From NCBI RefSeq assembly GCF_036588685.1, contig NC_086375.1, forward strand, positions 75,950,001 to 76,014,000: a stretch of DNA of 64,000 bases. The letters run 5' to 3'. The stretch comes from Mytilus trossulus. Taxonomy: Eukaryota. Position 1 is the stretch's first letter; every line of letters starts with the position of its first letter. Both the position numbers and the translations under genes were made by a program. This document shows positions 1 to 13,720 of the stretch, in pieces. The notes beneath the pieces are model-generated. The model was not told where the DNA came from and did not search any database. It was given only the letters and a program-made list of their open reading frames with translations.

Positions 1-115
1 ATGTGCATGGAAAAGACATTATATTATGTGCAGTTGTCATATGATGTGCAGTTGTCATTATATGATGTGCGTTGAAACAATATGGAAACGACATTATGTG
101 ATGTGCATTTGTTAT
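1..115. repeat. Degenerate short tandem repeat (ATTATGTGATGTGCAGTTGTC-like units)
   Basis: ATGTGC recurs about 6 times, with GGAAA(A/C)GACATTAT twice; truncated by the window start. Confidence 0.5.
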
Positions 116-3100
116 TATAAGATTAGCAAATAACGTAACAATACCACACGTATTTGACTAAAACAAAGATCTTTAAGTGATATATTTAGCTCTTATTAGA
201 CAAGTTATCACTATAAAAAATCGCAGTCTTGAGTTATGTCAGTAATTGAAATGCAACTGGTTAAAGGTAGATGAAACTGGTTAAGATTAAACCCTTTATA
301 AATGAATTACAACTGTGCTTTTCGTGAGTGAAACTTTAATTCGAAATATAAACAGATTACAACCGCTGTTTGTGAGAAATTCTTTTATTTCACGTAACCT
401 AAAATAGATTTCTTCGAAAATTGTCAGTGAAATAATTAATTCCGGTACTCAGCAGTTTAAGTTCTATCTTTCTTGAATATTGTTTCCACACCAAATATGC
501 ATCACGGGGTAGCTGCACAATAGTTTTAATCAATGCATTATGGACATGTCTCCCGTTTGTTGCCTTCTTTTGAAAACAATTTAGTTTATAGTATCAAAGT
601 TGTATTTATGATGAAATTCGTATACTATTTTGACAGAGAAGAAATGTAATATCGATAATACAAAAAATATACAACTTATCCTAGTTCAGGACCACTTTTA
701 GTGCTATCTTGTTGATTTTATGATGTTTAGTTGCTGTTTTATTCAGTCGTTTAATTAACAATTTTATCAAATAAATTATTTTACAGTCAATCTAAAAATT
801 AAAAATACGAACAACAATTTCAGTGCGAAAGCACGACACTTGGCTTTGAAACGGGAACACAATTATGAAAATAAAGGCATGAAAAATAATATATTGAACA
901 AATAAATTGTCAATTACTGAGGTAAATATGTTTGTTTAAGAAGTCTCTCTGTAATGATAAATGTATTTAGAACTTAATTTAAATTTTATTGAAATAAAGT
1001 ATCAGATATATAAATGGAAATCCTTCATAAAATATTTAGAGATCTGAAAAAATACCCGGCTAATCGTTCAGTGCACATGCACGCACTTAAAAATGCAGAT
1101 ATATAATAAAGTATAACCTAAGACGTTTATTAAAGGGGTAGTCATATGCATAAAATAAAATGCTATAACGACAGCTTACGGAGCATCTATCGCACACCTG
1201 ACAATTTAGCATAAAAGATCATAAAACTTGTACAATGCAATAGGAATTCTGACCAAAATCTTTTCTGATAATTTGGACGGTCAGAGAATTGACTGTCCTT
1301 GAAGATGTTCAAATAACAAGCCATTATGAAAAGAACAACAACAACTGGATTCTATTGCCAATTTCAATTTTATTGAACTATTTGTAGATCAAGATAAACT
1401 TTTTTTATACTAGTATACGTTTTGCTTTTTCCTTGGGTTAAAACACACAGTAGATAGATCTTACCATTCCAAATACTGTTGTCCTATCAGGTCTATAACG
1501 GCTGTTGGTTAGGTGGGTTTATCAAACACAACTCAAAAATTGATATCATAAAGATTACTATGGCCAAGCTTGGTTGTAGCTTTTTATTCTGTTAAAGTTA
1601 ACGGACGACGGACATGTGCCAAATGAAGGAAATGGCTCGAAATGGTTTTTGGAAAATGGAACTAAAATGAGGTTCAATAGATAATGTATTGTCGGCCTTT
1701 CAGCACAAATGTAAGTAAAATGATAAAACATGCCGCACCAAAGTAAACCTCAACCACACTCTTTGTAGGGGAGCTCAAGTTTCTTTGCTTTCTAGACAGG
1801 TAATTTGCAATAGTTTCTATCGTCATTTCTTTTTTAAATGTGTTAATTAACAAAAGATGAATTAAAGTTTAATTAAATATATACAGTTTTGTAGAGTATG
1901 TTCAGTTGAAATTTTATTCTTTATGTTTTTGTATGGAACAAAATTAAAATAACCTCGGATTTCTTATAACATGCGATTTTAAACTAAACCAAAATCACGT
2001 CAGTTCTACTTGGTATGCTATCAACAAAATCTTTGATAAACAAAGGGTATACGTGGGTTCACATGCAGTTGTTTATATCTGTTTATTGAAATAAACAAGT
2101 ATAACAATTGACGTAAATAAAATGTACAAGGCCACACTGTTGACAGTAATTGTATGATCTTGAAAATATCGTTCGAATATGTCGAATAAAGATTTATAGA
2201 AACTTTGACTTTTAACATAATACAGGTGTTTAAACGGTCACCTCACCTATAAATTACAAATAAGAATTAAAAAGATCAAACACTTTAAAATAACTATTAA
2301 ACCATATAGCCTGAAGATATATAAGATACTTGATAGGAATCGGTTATGAAATTCAGATTTGCTGACTCGACTAGCTTTAAATTATTCCGAAGGCAATAGC
2401 GGTATTATATTGAATTATATAAAAAAAAAAAGTAGATGGTCAAAATATGAGAAAAGCGTTTCATTTAAACTTTAATATATGAGAGTGAAATCACGACTTG
2501 TGCCGGTTAAAGGACTTAACGGTTGCAGTATAAGATGTACTATTCAAGATTTATGATATCCGTTTTATCAATGATTTTCATTTTATTTTGCTGATGTAAA
2601 AGTACACCTTTTCTCGTTAAAACATTACTCAAACACCTACATAATATGATAATTATTATATTATTATAAGTTATTCATATTTTAGATCTACGTTTACGAT
2701 AATCATATAAGGCAATTAATTCACCGAAACGAAAATAGATGTGTTAGTCATTTTAGAGGAAGAAATAAACTGTTGATTTTACAAGGAAGGATGGATGGAA
2801 TGATGATTTGTCTTTTAAAATATTTGTTACAATGAGGGATTGTTTTTTTCCCTAACCATAAGCTACTCACAAATATATTTTAATAAACACAAGTCTAGTC
2901 ATTACAGGAAATCAGCTTTCCTTCTACATTTTTTAATACGTTTTTTTTTTAATTTTACATACGAAACAAAGTATTTGGTCTTAACATTAAATAACGTTTT
3001 GCTGGTACGTTGCTTATTGGTAATTTGAAATACCAAATTTTGCTGAGAACGCATGTTTCTAATTGTCGAGTTTGATCGTCTTTCAAAAAACGATGAATCT

Positions 3101-3345
3101 GTTATGATATCCTAGATGACCAGTTGCATGTAAGCTTTCTAATGTCCATAGATGGTGCATTTTAATTTCCTTGAATGTAGAAATTATATAGAGAGAAAAA
3201 GAAGTGATTTGTAATTTGTTTGAATTTATTTGCATGTGTTTATCTTTGCAGTCTATGTATACTACTTGAATCATTGAACTTGATTTCATAAGCTGTTTAT
3301 TAGCCCTGTAATTTGGAAAATAAAATATTTTATTTTATTCTCATA

Positions 3346-3489
3346 TTCGTAGCCAGGAGGGAGGCGTACGACCCCCCCCCCCCTTTGAAAACAAATAAGC
3401 ACTGTTAAAGTTGTGACTGTTAAAGTTGAGTACGTGAGTCCAAATACCCCTCTCTCCTTTTCCCTTGGAAATTCATGGCTACGGGCCTG
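3346..3489. mobile_element. Short MITE-like element with poly-C tract
   Basis: CGTAGCCA near the left end is the inverse of TGGCTACG(GGCCTG) at the right end; GC-rich island in AT-rich DNA. Confidence 0.4.
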
Positions 3490-4869
3490 ATTCTACTATA
3501 CTATTGTTAATTTCACATCTCTACAGTACTTTATAGTACTGTTGATATTGCTTGTAAAATTGAAAATCGTCTTTTAAGTAGAATACCCCTTTAATATCAT
3601 AATGACACATGTACACGAATTGTATTCGTGAGTTTTTCGAAAAATATGAATAAATCCAACCAAACATTGATTGCGTATAACTCGTCTCACATAGCCTAAC
3701 AAAACAAGGCGGCCTTGAAGATATTTGACTAGTCAACATTTTACATCACACACAATGCAAACCTCTCCGATATCTGATATTCGTATATTCTAACATCTCC
3801 AAATTTTCAAATCATAAGAGTCCATCAGCTTTAACCGACATGTTCAGGGTTATTATTATAATTTAAATGACTCATACATATTTTTTTTCTCACTTTTAGA
3901 GTTCATAGAGAAATGCTAACCGTACTGAGTGAATTCATTTTTAAAAGTTTATATTTTTTTAGATTTAAGATTAATTTTGGATGTACGTAATATCTATTTC
4001 TGAGGTGTATCACTAACAACGTCAATGGTAATGAATGATTTGTCTAATCGCACGATTACTTGATTTTATGGCCTACGAAGTATAAATTAGCATACGTATT
4101 AGACCGAATGGGCTATCGGCATACGATTATATTAATTTTCATATGCTGATTTTGAAAGTTTATTCTGTTCAGAGTACTAAATCACGGTAAACAAATTTGA
4201 CGACATATATGAAGGTTAGTTAATCAGTGCGGAGAGGTTATTTTAACCTTGAGTTCCTCTGAACTCGAGGAAATTACTTTGAGCGCTTCTATTTTCACTA
4301 TTAATTTTGTAATATGTGTTAATTTAAGATGACGAGAAAGGCAAAAAAACATGTTATGGATAGTTTCGAGTTATATACAAAATCACTGTTTGGCCAGAAT
4401 GTTTGCCATATTGGATGAAACATGGCCTCGGCGAAATGTTGAACATACTCGATCATACTTACACCGCTGTAAAAGTTACTTAAGTAAATAATAGGAGATG
4501 TGTGGTATACGCCAATGAGAAATAACATATAACAATCAAAGGACATTTAGGTATCTACATACAGTATTTAACAATAAATAAGTGACGCCCCAAGTGTGAA
4601 TATATCAAAATAGGACAGTCGAAGATTCACCATCAACACCAATTCTCTTAATGAGAAATAAATATAAGATATAACTAAAGACAAGCACTGTTATGTAAAC
4701 TTTGTCTACAAGTCAGTCATTAAATGAAACTACCAATCGTAGATCTAATCTAATAATTTTTATAATAACAGATATTATACATTTGTTCATGTCTTGTTAC
4801 AACACACATACATCAAGCTCAAATACTAAGATATAAGCACTGATATATCTTATATGAATTTTTATAATT

Positions 4870-5175
4870 AATTGTGTTGGACGGTTCGTCTTCGATGGTA
4901 TCACCAGCCCACTAGTCAACACTGTGTTGACACTGGGACAAATTATTGTCATTTCATTTTTGTGCTGTTTATAAAACGACAAATTATTCGGAACGCTAAG
5001 GGTTTTTACCCTATGCATAGATTACCTTGGCCACATTTGGCCAAACTTGTTGGCCTTTTAGTTGAAGTGCTCTTCAATTTCGTATTTGAATGACAAACTA
5101 ACTGCTTGGATTCGAGTGTCACCATGATACATCTTGTGTTAATGAAATTTACACCTGGCTTACTAAAATATAAAG
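4870..5175 (+). repeat. Highly degenerate copy of the hammerhead/retrozyme-type repeat
   Basis: Shares TATCACCAGCCC, TAGATTACCTTGGC and CTCTTCAA(T/C)TTCGTA blocks with the reverse complement of the copies at 31062-31292, 38270-38500 and 44708-44970; ribozyme core destroyed. Confidence 0.5.
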
Positions 5176-7029
5176 GTAAATCTCAGACGAGTTTTACATA
5201 ACGACTGACTTTGACTTTCAAGAACTACGGATTGTTTGACTGCTTGTTGCATAGATGCAATACGTCTATGGTTGTAGGTTTTAAATGCCTTATCAGCTCT
5301 AATTTCTATATCGTGGAAGTCAGTTTTTATTGGTGGAGAAAGCCCGAGTGTCCGGGGGAGAACCACCAACCTTGTGCAGAATATCTGACAATCCTAGCTA
5401 AAGAAAAGTGGATAGAACGCACCAGCCTTGTGCGGGATTCGAAAAACAACTTCTTTCAGTTTAATTCAAATATTTAAAATTTATACACAACAATTACATA
5501 ACACAAGAATATTCACAAAACAATGATTCGATACATAATTTATCATCAAATCAGCAATTTAAAATATTGAATGCAATGACACCTTCATTCACTTTCACAA
5601 GTTGATATTATCTCCTGAAAAGTTTTAAAACATCTCTCGTGGAAAATATAACCAAAATCGTTTGTTAAACGAACGGATGAAAGTCTCCTAGTTCAAAAAT
5701 ATGTGATATTTTTTTCTCCATTTTTGAAATACATTATACGGTGATATATACATTAATAAGTTTAATGGTCACAAATTTAAAATTAGTAAAACTTTCAGCA
5801 TTTATGAAATAATACCATAAAGTAGTTTTTTAACCTTTCAATATATTTGGATCACAAAATAACTTAAAGGATCGATTGTATATATATAGTTTTAATGTTC
5901 AGATCAAATTCAATATGATCTAGTATGCGATCAATAAACCTTGAACATTTCTTTATATGAACAGTAGGAATACATATATACAGTTTAATGGTAAAGACAT
6001 GAATAATATTTTCATGATAAATTCGTATTTTTTTTAAATGAAATATGTTAATGTAGGCTTTCATAGCACTTTATATATCCTCGGCTATTGAAACCCATAT
6101 CAAATAACTGTAAACCTCCATCACACTTTAGTCAATAATGAACTAAGCATGTGCACTTTTATTCAACACAAAACTTACACAATTAATGCAGTTTTCAATG
6201 TTATAAAAAATGATCTCGCATAGGTGTAACAAGCTAGTCTACCTCGTATTATTAGATGAACTACTATAAGACCACTGGGGCACCGAGGTATGTATATCAA
6301 TTTATCTTGAGAAACTCCAAGTGCAGCATTCATATACAGATGGACAGAGTGGTTCAGTTTCAGAGCAAATGATATATGTTTAAATAAAAGTTATTTTCAT
6401 TGATATTTTACACCTTAGTAAGATCAGTGGTACGTAACAAATAATTATACACCCAATTTTGGACTTCCATATTTTGAAAAGTTTCATGAATTAAAATGTT
6501 GCGTGTTTATATTGAATAGGTAAAATAGCTCAATATAATTGCAGTCATTGACCTAATTAATTGGAAAGTTGAAGGAAAACAGAGAAAGAAAAACTAAGTA
6601 AAAAAAGTTCAATTAACCCAGATAAAATCGGTGAAGTTAAAGATCTATCTGCATGAATAAATTGCATATATTGTCCACAGTACAGGAGTAGACTTGACAT
6701 GCAATGTAAATGATTAACAAATATAAAAATTGTATTATTTTAGCTTTTTTCATGACTGCCATTATGTGGAATGTAAGGTTATAAAATCTATAGAAATCAA
6801 TGTGATTTTTTTTGATTTTGGTTTTACCAGGTGTTTGAAGGGTCTGTGTGTTATTAATACAAATATATATCATAAACCAATTCTTCAAAGAACAATTTAA
6901 GCTCTTTCCACCTCGACAATAAGAATGAAATTTAAAAAAAATGATGTTAGAAAATGTCACTCCGCGTTGATGTAATGTGGTAAATCAAAGTATAATAGGT
7001 TTATGCAGAAGACATCATTGTTTTATAAT

Positions 7030-7806
7030 GAACCAGAAAGAATTTTACGCAAAGGTCAAAATCAAGAACGTCAAATTTACCTTTGACCTTGACTCAATTT
7101 CGAGGTCATAGGTCAGTGATCTCAAATTTCAAATCAAAAGACCCCAGGTCAATCACTTGTATGGTTGTGGAGTAATACTGATTTCAAATACACAACGGGG
7201 AAACTCCTATAAGGGTTAACCAAAACTCTTCGACTTAAATAGGTTGAAGTTTGCGCCTTTTTTGCAAACAGTTATTTGTCAACAAACACATTATATCATT
7301 TACTGTCACAGTTTCTTTGGAATAACGATAACAAGCAAAAATCAAAATTTTTAACTTTGACTTCTGACCTTGACCTCAATTTTCTTCATATGGACCATGG
7401 ACTTCATATCAAAAGACTGTATGCCTCTACGATTTATAACGTATGAATTTATCCAACAAAATCGCCTATCTTATATTTTCTAAGGGAAATAACTTCAATA
7501 AGATGTCTTCCGATCACTCAAGTCAAAATAAGTAAATCATTCTTAAGAGTAGACCAACAATTAGATGAAAACAGTTTGCCAAAATCTTTTACGGTTTTAG
7601 AGATATAGCGATAACAAGAAAAAGGGGACGCGGGGAGATAACTCCTATAAGAATAAGTGTTCGGTCACACAGGGTGGGTTTTGAAGCATTACTGTACAAC
7701 ATCATTTGCCAAAAATCCATTCGATATGTTGTAAGACAAACGAAAACAAAAAAATATAATCAGAAGAAAAACAAAAGGTCTTTCCACGAAAAGTGGAAAG
7801 ACCTAA
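7030..7806 (+). mobile_element. Helentron-type non-autonomous element (HINE/DINE-like)
   Basis: Starts AACCAGA, contains repeated TTGACCTTGA motifs, ends in the hairpin GGTCTTTCCAC-GAAAA-GTGGAAAGACC followed by TAAT. Confidence 0.55.
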
Positions 7807-8764
7807 TTATGACCCTTCATATAAATTCATGTCCAAAGCATCATGGGTCTCACTCCAAAATGATTATTTACGTTAACGTCTTCGTTTAGCTCTACATCAG
7901 TACATGAAACCGATGCCATTCTTGCTTAATATAAGTGAATTTATCTGAAAAGCAAACAGTATTAAATTTGAGGGCATTCAAACGTATATGACATCGACAC
8001 CAATTGTCTAGTCAAATTGATATAAGAAGAACAAGATGTATAGATTTCAAATGCAGCAACTATACCTGCTAAGAATTGTATTTGGACAGTAAGGACAACA
8101 GTTACTATTCATAATTTGTTCTGGATAGATCGCGCGCAATCTGAGGATTGGAATGATGTTGTGTTGTAACTCTCGGACGTACTGACTTGTGTCTTGATGG
8201 TTTAAACCGATGATTTATCAAATATGACATGGTAATAAGGATTACACAAAACTGACCCAAAGATTTTCAAGCTTATAAACCAAATCTCAGCATTCCAATC
8301 ACTCTACTTTCATAATTTTGTAATTTATGACATTTAAACTTATATATTTATATCACCATTTAAAAGGAACTATATACATAAAACACCGTAAAAGTTTAGC
8401 GTACGTAAAAAAAAAATCTTACACACAATTATATTCAGCCATAATAATAATAGTTGAAATATCTCCATTAAAAGACTCCACTGTTTCTTTCTGAAGGACG
8501 AAGATTTAGTTCTTTTATCCAGAATCTTGTGTCATCCACGCATATTTACCATATCATTCACGCGGTTGAAGTCAACGAGAGTGTGATGCCTTACTGGGAT
8601 ACATGGTGCAATTTCTACATCCGCGGCTTGCATGTATGTCCATTGAGGCGTTTACATATATAATGGCTGTTTATATTCACAAATTATTGAAAGAAGACCA
8701 AAGAAGCAAAATAAAAAAATCAATAAATGAAAATGATATCCAAACTTTTGCAATTTATATCAAA

Positions 8765-9640
8765 TTTAAAAAAAAAAACATCTCCGAGGAAAATTCTAAA
8801 CGGAAAGTCCTTAAGCAAATGGCAATATCAAAAGCTCAAACACATCAAACAAATAAATAACAACTGTCATATTCCTGACTGGATACAGGCATTTACTGAT
8901 GTAAAAGTAGTGAATTAAACCTGGTTCAATATCTGGCCGAACCTCTCATTTGCATGATAGTCGCATACAATTCATTTATATTGGCAATTATGTGTGCACA
9001 AAACAGACATAATAGTTTAAATGTCAAAAATAGGGGAACACCAGTCAACATTGTGTAAATAACTTTAACAATATAAAATCAGAAAAATGTCAACAAAGAA
9101 AAGCAAAAAGGCAAAATGTCATCTAGCACATTAGCAAAAACAAAAGACGAGAATACAAAAAAATACCATACCTCAATAACACAATGACGGGATGTATAAA
9201 TATTGAGCCATTTCAAATGGATTACAAAAAAATAGACAGCTGCACATTCACATTAGCAAAAACAAAAGACGAGGATGCAACATATTAGAATAGCTCAATA
9301 ACACAATGACGGGATGTATAAGTATTAAGTCATTTGGATTTTACAAAACATAGACTAAACAGTAAAAGAATACTATAACACATTATTAAGATAATAAACA
9401 ACGTCAGTACCTGGAATCTATACTAGACCATTGTGTATTATTTGGGAAATTGATACGGAATATTTATCAACAATATCTTGGTATCTTCTGATGACAATCT
9501 TTGATATAACAATGGTTCATCAACTCTCTGTTCAGACACTGGTGACTTTTTGTCAAAGTCTGAGTAGCAGCTGCAAGCTCTTTTAAATACCAAAAATGAG
9601 TTGGGAAATATACCCGATATACGCAGGTGAAATGGCATAC
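8765..9640 (-). mobile_element. Penelope-like element 3' relic (RT thumb end plus downstream repeat)
   Basis: Frameshifted minus-strand translation gives AY-x-YISQL..RACSCYSDF..L.NQ..LxDKYSVS, typical of the Penelope-like (PLE) RT C-terminus, followed by the abundant GTCAGGAATATGACAG repeat; internal ~125-bp direct duplication at 9127-9330. Confidence 0.55.
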
Positions 9641-10039
9641 TGTGTATTCATTTATGTTCGTTGGTACCAATTTGCATGGATTGAGGAAAACTTGTGTAAC
9701 AAGTAAGTACACGAAAATTGTCATCCAACGAAAAATATTAAAAAAAATAAAATCACAAAAAAACCCGATTTTCTAGGAAATTCAAATGACAAAACTTGGT
9801 ACATGCGTTTTCTTATGCAGACAAGGGTGGATTAAATCTGGTTTATATTTAGCATAACCTCTCACTTGTATGACAGTCACACACAATTCTGTTATAATGA
9901 CATCAAATCCACATTATTACTACTAAGTTAGAATAATTTGATAATTTCAAAATTAAAAATCGTCTCTTTTGTCATAGACTCTGGTACTGAGATGACCGCA
10001 TTTGTCAAATTTGAGGTATATCATTTAATTAAATTATCT

Positions 10040-10210
10040 GCCTTCTATGATCTTCTTGGTTTTGGCAAGTGTCTGAAAAAACTCCGTCTCATATGAAATT
10101 AAGAAGAGCTCAACAAGGAAGGTACACAGTTCGTTCCCATAGGAATGCCGATAATTTGTTGAAAAGTCTCCAAATTAAACATGTTGTCAATGAGAAAATC
10201 CAGCATACCG
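10040..10210 (-). pseudogene. Penelope-like RT fragment
   Basis: Minus strand reads MLDFLIDNMF..FQQIIGIPMGTNCVP..LFL..YETEF (PLE RT motif GIPMG) with indels. Confidence 0.75.
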
Positions 10211-11239
10211 ATCACTTGTTCCTCTGTGTGGCATGTTTTACTTTTCGTTCATTTTTAACAAAATATGCCGTTTGGTATTTAAAAGTAAGACATTTATAGC
10301 GTATGCTACCATTTTTATGTTAAAAAGAATTGTATATTATTTCTTTTAAACGATTTTTTAATTTCACATGGGGAATGGTGGCATACAAGGTCGAAAAATT
10401 AAAAAAAAATATTCGAAATTATTTCAGAAAGATCTCCATTTAAAATAATCCAAAAGTACTTTACATTTTTTTTAGAATCCACATACAGTTAATACCTCTT
10501 CGCGAGTTAACAGTTTCACAGTATTTCTGAAGACCATCTTTTACTGCGGTCAGAATTTTTGTCAATCTAAAAGACAATTCTTTTGTCATGCAGATGAGCA
10601 GGCAATGTACCATAATTTAAAGAATTTTATGATGGTATCCGATACAAACAAGGTAAGTAGTGTGATTTGATGTTCAATGCAATGTTCATTGGAGTCATGA
10701 AGGAATTCGCTAAAATCTCATCTTTATAAAATGATATGTTTTGTAAGCCGGATTTGTTTTTCTCTATCGTTTTATGAATTTTGAACAGCGGTGTACTACT
10801 GTTGCCTTTATTTGTATGTGGAATTACTTGAGTGTTTGTTTATTCTTTATTCTTTTTGAAAACACTCGTAGTAATGCGAGATTTACCTACATATACAATT
10901 TATTGGAAACAACAACCTTCTTATCGCGAAGAGATGATAAACATTTCATAGCCTATTTGTCTTTTGAAACGGACTGTGGTTGATCATTCACACAGCTTTT
11001 CAACTTATGAATAAGACGTTTTATCAGATATCTTATTGTTTTGACCCATTCAGACAATGTGTCTAGTTCAACTTCTTCCCGTTTAGCCATGTGTTAACGT
11101 AGTCCTCGATGGAACCCTTAACTATTTTGAAGTTATGGTTCCAATTGATGTGTTAAAAAAAACCTTCTGCTGTTGTTTTTTATTTGGTCGGGCTGTTGTC
11201 TCTTTGACACATTCCCCATTTCCATTCTCAATTTTAAGG

Positions 11240-11460
11240 TTCTATAAACGTAGGACCATCATATATCACTTTTCGGAGATTTTCATGTTGAGTTATGTTA
11301 AGATCCCAAGTAATAACATGGCCAGATGGTCTGTCAATATAAAGTAAGTGAGAACAGTCACATATCAGAAGGATTTGTTTAGGTATTGTTGTAAATCAAG
11401 GTCCTGCAATGCTTGCTTATCGTTAAATATAAGTGCAATGGTTTTGGTGTAACTGTAACG
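11240..11460 (-). pseudogene. Penelope-like ORF fragment (region upstream of RT)
   Basis: Minus strand reads YSYTKTIA..CDCSHLLYIDRPSGHVITWDLNI..LRKVIYDGPTFIEP, matching the CxC..GHVITGDL..KGPKYREP motif of PLE ORFs as I recall it. Confidence 0.6.
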
Positions 11461-13400
11461 TTTATAAAAAAAAGGACCGAATGATACCTACCAGAGACAG
11501 TCAAACTCATAAATAAAAAAACCGACAAAGCCATGGCTAAAAAAGAAAAAGACAATTAGACAAATAAAAGTACACAAGACACATCATAGAAAACTCAAGA
11601 ATAAGCAACACGAACCCCACCTAAAAACTGGATGCGATCGCACTTATAACTTTGAGGTATAGAGAGCATACCTATTTTAAACGCATGCCTTACTTAGGTC
11701 TATAATAACATTTAAGGGGCGAAGACAAACTCTATCTTATTTTCCAATGTCCTATAATAATTATTAATTTGTGGTATGTAACGGATTTAACTTTTTCATG
11801 ACGACACAATAGCTAGAAAAGATGACGACCAAGACAGACGAAAAACTGAGATACACGCTTATTATTAAACACAGTTCAACCGGTCGGGGCAATTACAGAT
11901 CGGCTAGGAGTTAGAGAATGTGGTATATTGTATTGGTCCTAATATAAGATTATAATAAGATAAGATAAATTTTATTTACCCATTATAGGCTTATATGTAG
12001 TCAGTATATTGATTTTTTTTTATATCAAACAATTACAACAGACAATACAAAAGAATAGAAAAGAAAAAGAAAAAAAAATGAAATTTAAACTGAGTTAGTA
12101 AATCATAATAAATGTAAACCAGTATGTTAAGTTTTTATTGGCCATGCACCAGGAGCAGCCTCACATGCATTATAAAAATAGCTTTTTGTTAGTCAAGTCC
12201 CTCCTCGTGGCTGATGCATATGAACAAATAGTATAGTTGTTAATACTTAGGAGTCACCAAGGGCAGGTGCTTAAAGGACACTTAAGACAATACACAGAAT
12301 TATGAATACTTAAACATAATGTATGATTTGAACCAATTGAAAACAAATAAACAAAGAACTATAACTTGATTGTTATTTTTTGTTAAATCAAGAGTTTCCT
12401 TCTAAATTTTGAAGGATGGTTGTTCATTTCTAATGAAATTCATATAAACACAAAATTAACAGGAAAATGTAATCAATTCCTTTTATGTAGTATTAAGCTA
12501 TACTACCACTTCATAACTAGACAACATGGAGTGTATTTTTTTTTAGAAAATACTGCATGAGTCATTCTAATTTTGTTTTATTTTAAAAATAGAAATTTAC
12601 CAACAAGAAGCTAGTCAATTTGAATTTCTGAATTTCGGAACTAAGCTCTAAAGCTTTCCTATCATAACTGTATATTATCATCACACTTTGTTTAAGGTAT
12701 ATAAAGCAAGCATTGGCAAGCAAGAGTAATGTTTAAAGCAAATAGGAATTCTACAAACAAAAAATGTGTACTGTGAATGAGGGAAAGAAATAGTGAGTTT
12801 GGGTTCATTTTGCTCCTTAACCAGGTATTTACTGTATATTAAGAAGGTCGAAAGCGCTCAAAAATCGATCCTCATTTGAAAGAAAGTTCTTCTCTCAAGT
12901 TTACCTCAACCTGATAGATTTCCCTACTTGGAATACTTACCTCTACAATGTAAGCTTGATAGCTGAAATTATGGCGATGTTTAAAAATTAAACAAATCGC
13001 GAAAAAAATTAAGGAATATCATTATCTATGATTTTTTTAAGGTCTTTGCAAGTCAGTTGTGTACATACGAATGATTTTAAGATACGACGAATCTTAATTC
13101 TTCGATGCAATAATCACTTAAACAAAATTTTATTCACTGAAAAATTGCGTAGTCAAAGGGCAATAACTAAAAAAAAAAAAAAATCAATTTGTTTTAATTT
13201 GATATTTGATTGCCTTGTACCACACATTTGCAATTACCTATTAAACTTCATTTGAAATCATAAAACCACTAAACAATCTGCTATCATATTTACTTGATAA
13301 ACGTTAACATCTAAGAATTTCTATAGATTTGTTGGCACCTGCTAATTGATGTCTTCCCAAATGATGAAATGACTGTGTAAAGATTTTTTAAATATGCAAG
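11270..13400. repeat. Diverged direct duplication, copy 1 (copy 2 at about 17080-19690)
   Basis: Collinear shared blocks: AGATCCCA(A)GTAATAACAT (11302/17111), GCATGCCTTACT (11683/18191), AATCAAGAGTTTCCTTCT (12386/18475), CATTTTGCTCCTTAAC (12807/19120), CATTTGAAATCATA (13249/19549). Confidence 0.85.
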
Positions 13401-13720
13401 TATTTTAGTACTCATACTGAGAAATGAGAAAACAATCTGTTTGGAAAGTCAAATCTTGTCATAATGTTTATATTTCGTTCGTAGCTCAGTGGTTATTGTT
13501 AGATTTGAGTCAAGAATAAAGAAGTCCCTATTGGTTCAGAAATGTCCATATTTTATTTATTAGCTCGTCGGTATATAGATGGAATCAGTTCTTTCTAACC
13601 TATTATCATATTTTCACATATTACGACTTGTCCTCCGATGGTACTGCTTGAGCTGTCTTTCTAAGTTTCATAGTACATTAGTGAAGCCGACACGGTTCAG
13701 CATTGAAAAGCTTTCATTTA

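Noticed and set aside
6240-6295. GAG|GTATGT donor-like site
   Set aside because: No convincing acceptor or recognisable open frame upstream
120-7000. Short 60-107 aa ORFs in the first 7 kb
   Set aside because: Lengths and composition fit chance ORFs in AT-rich intergenic DNA; no motifs recognised
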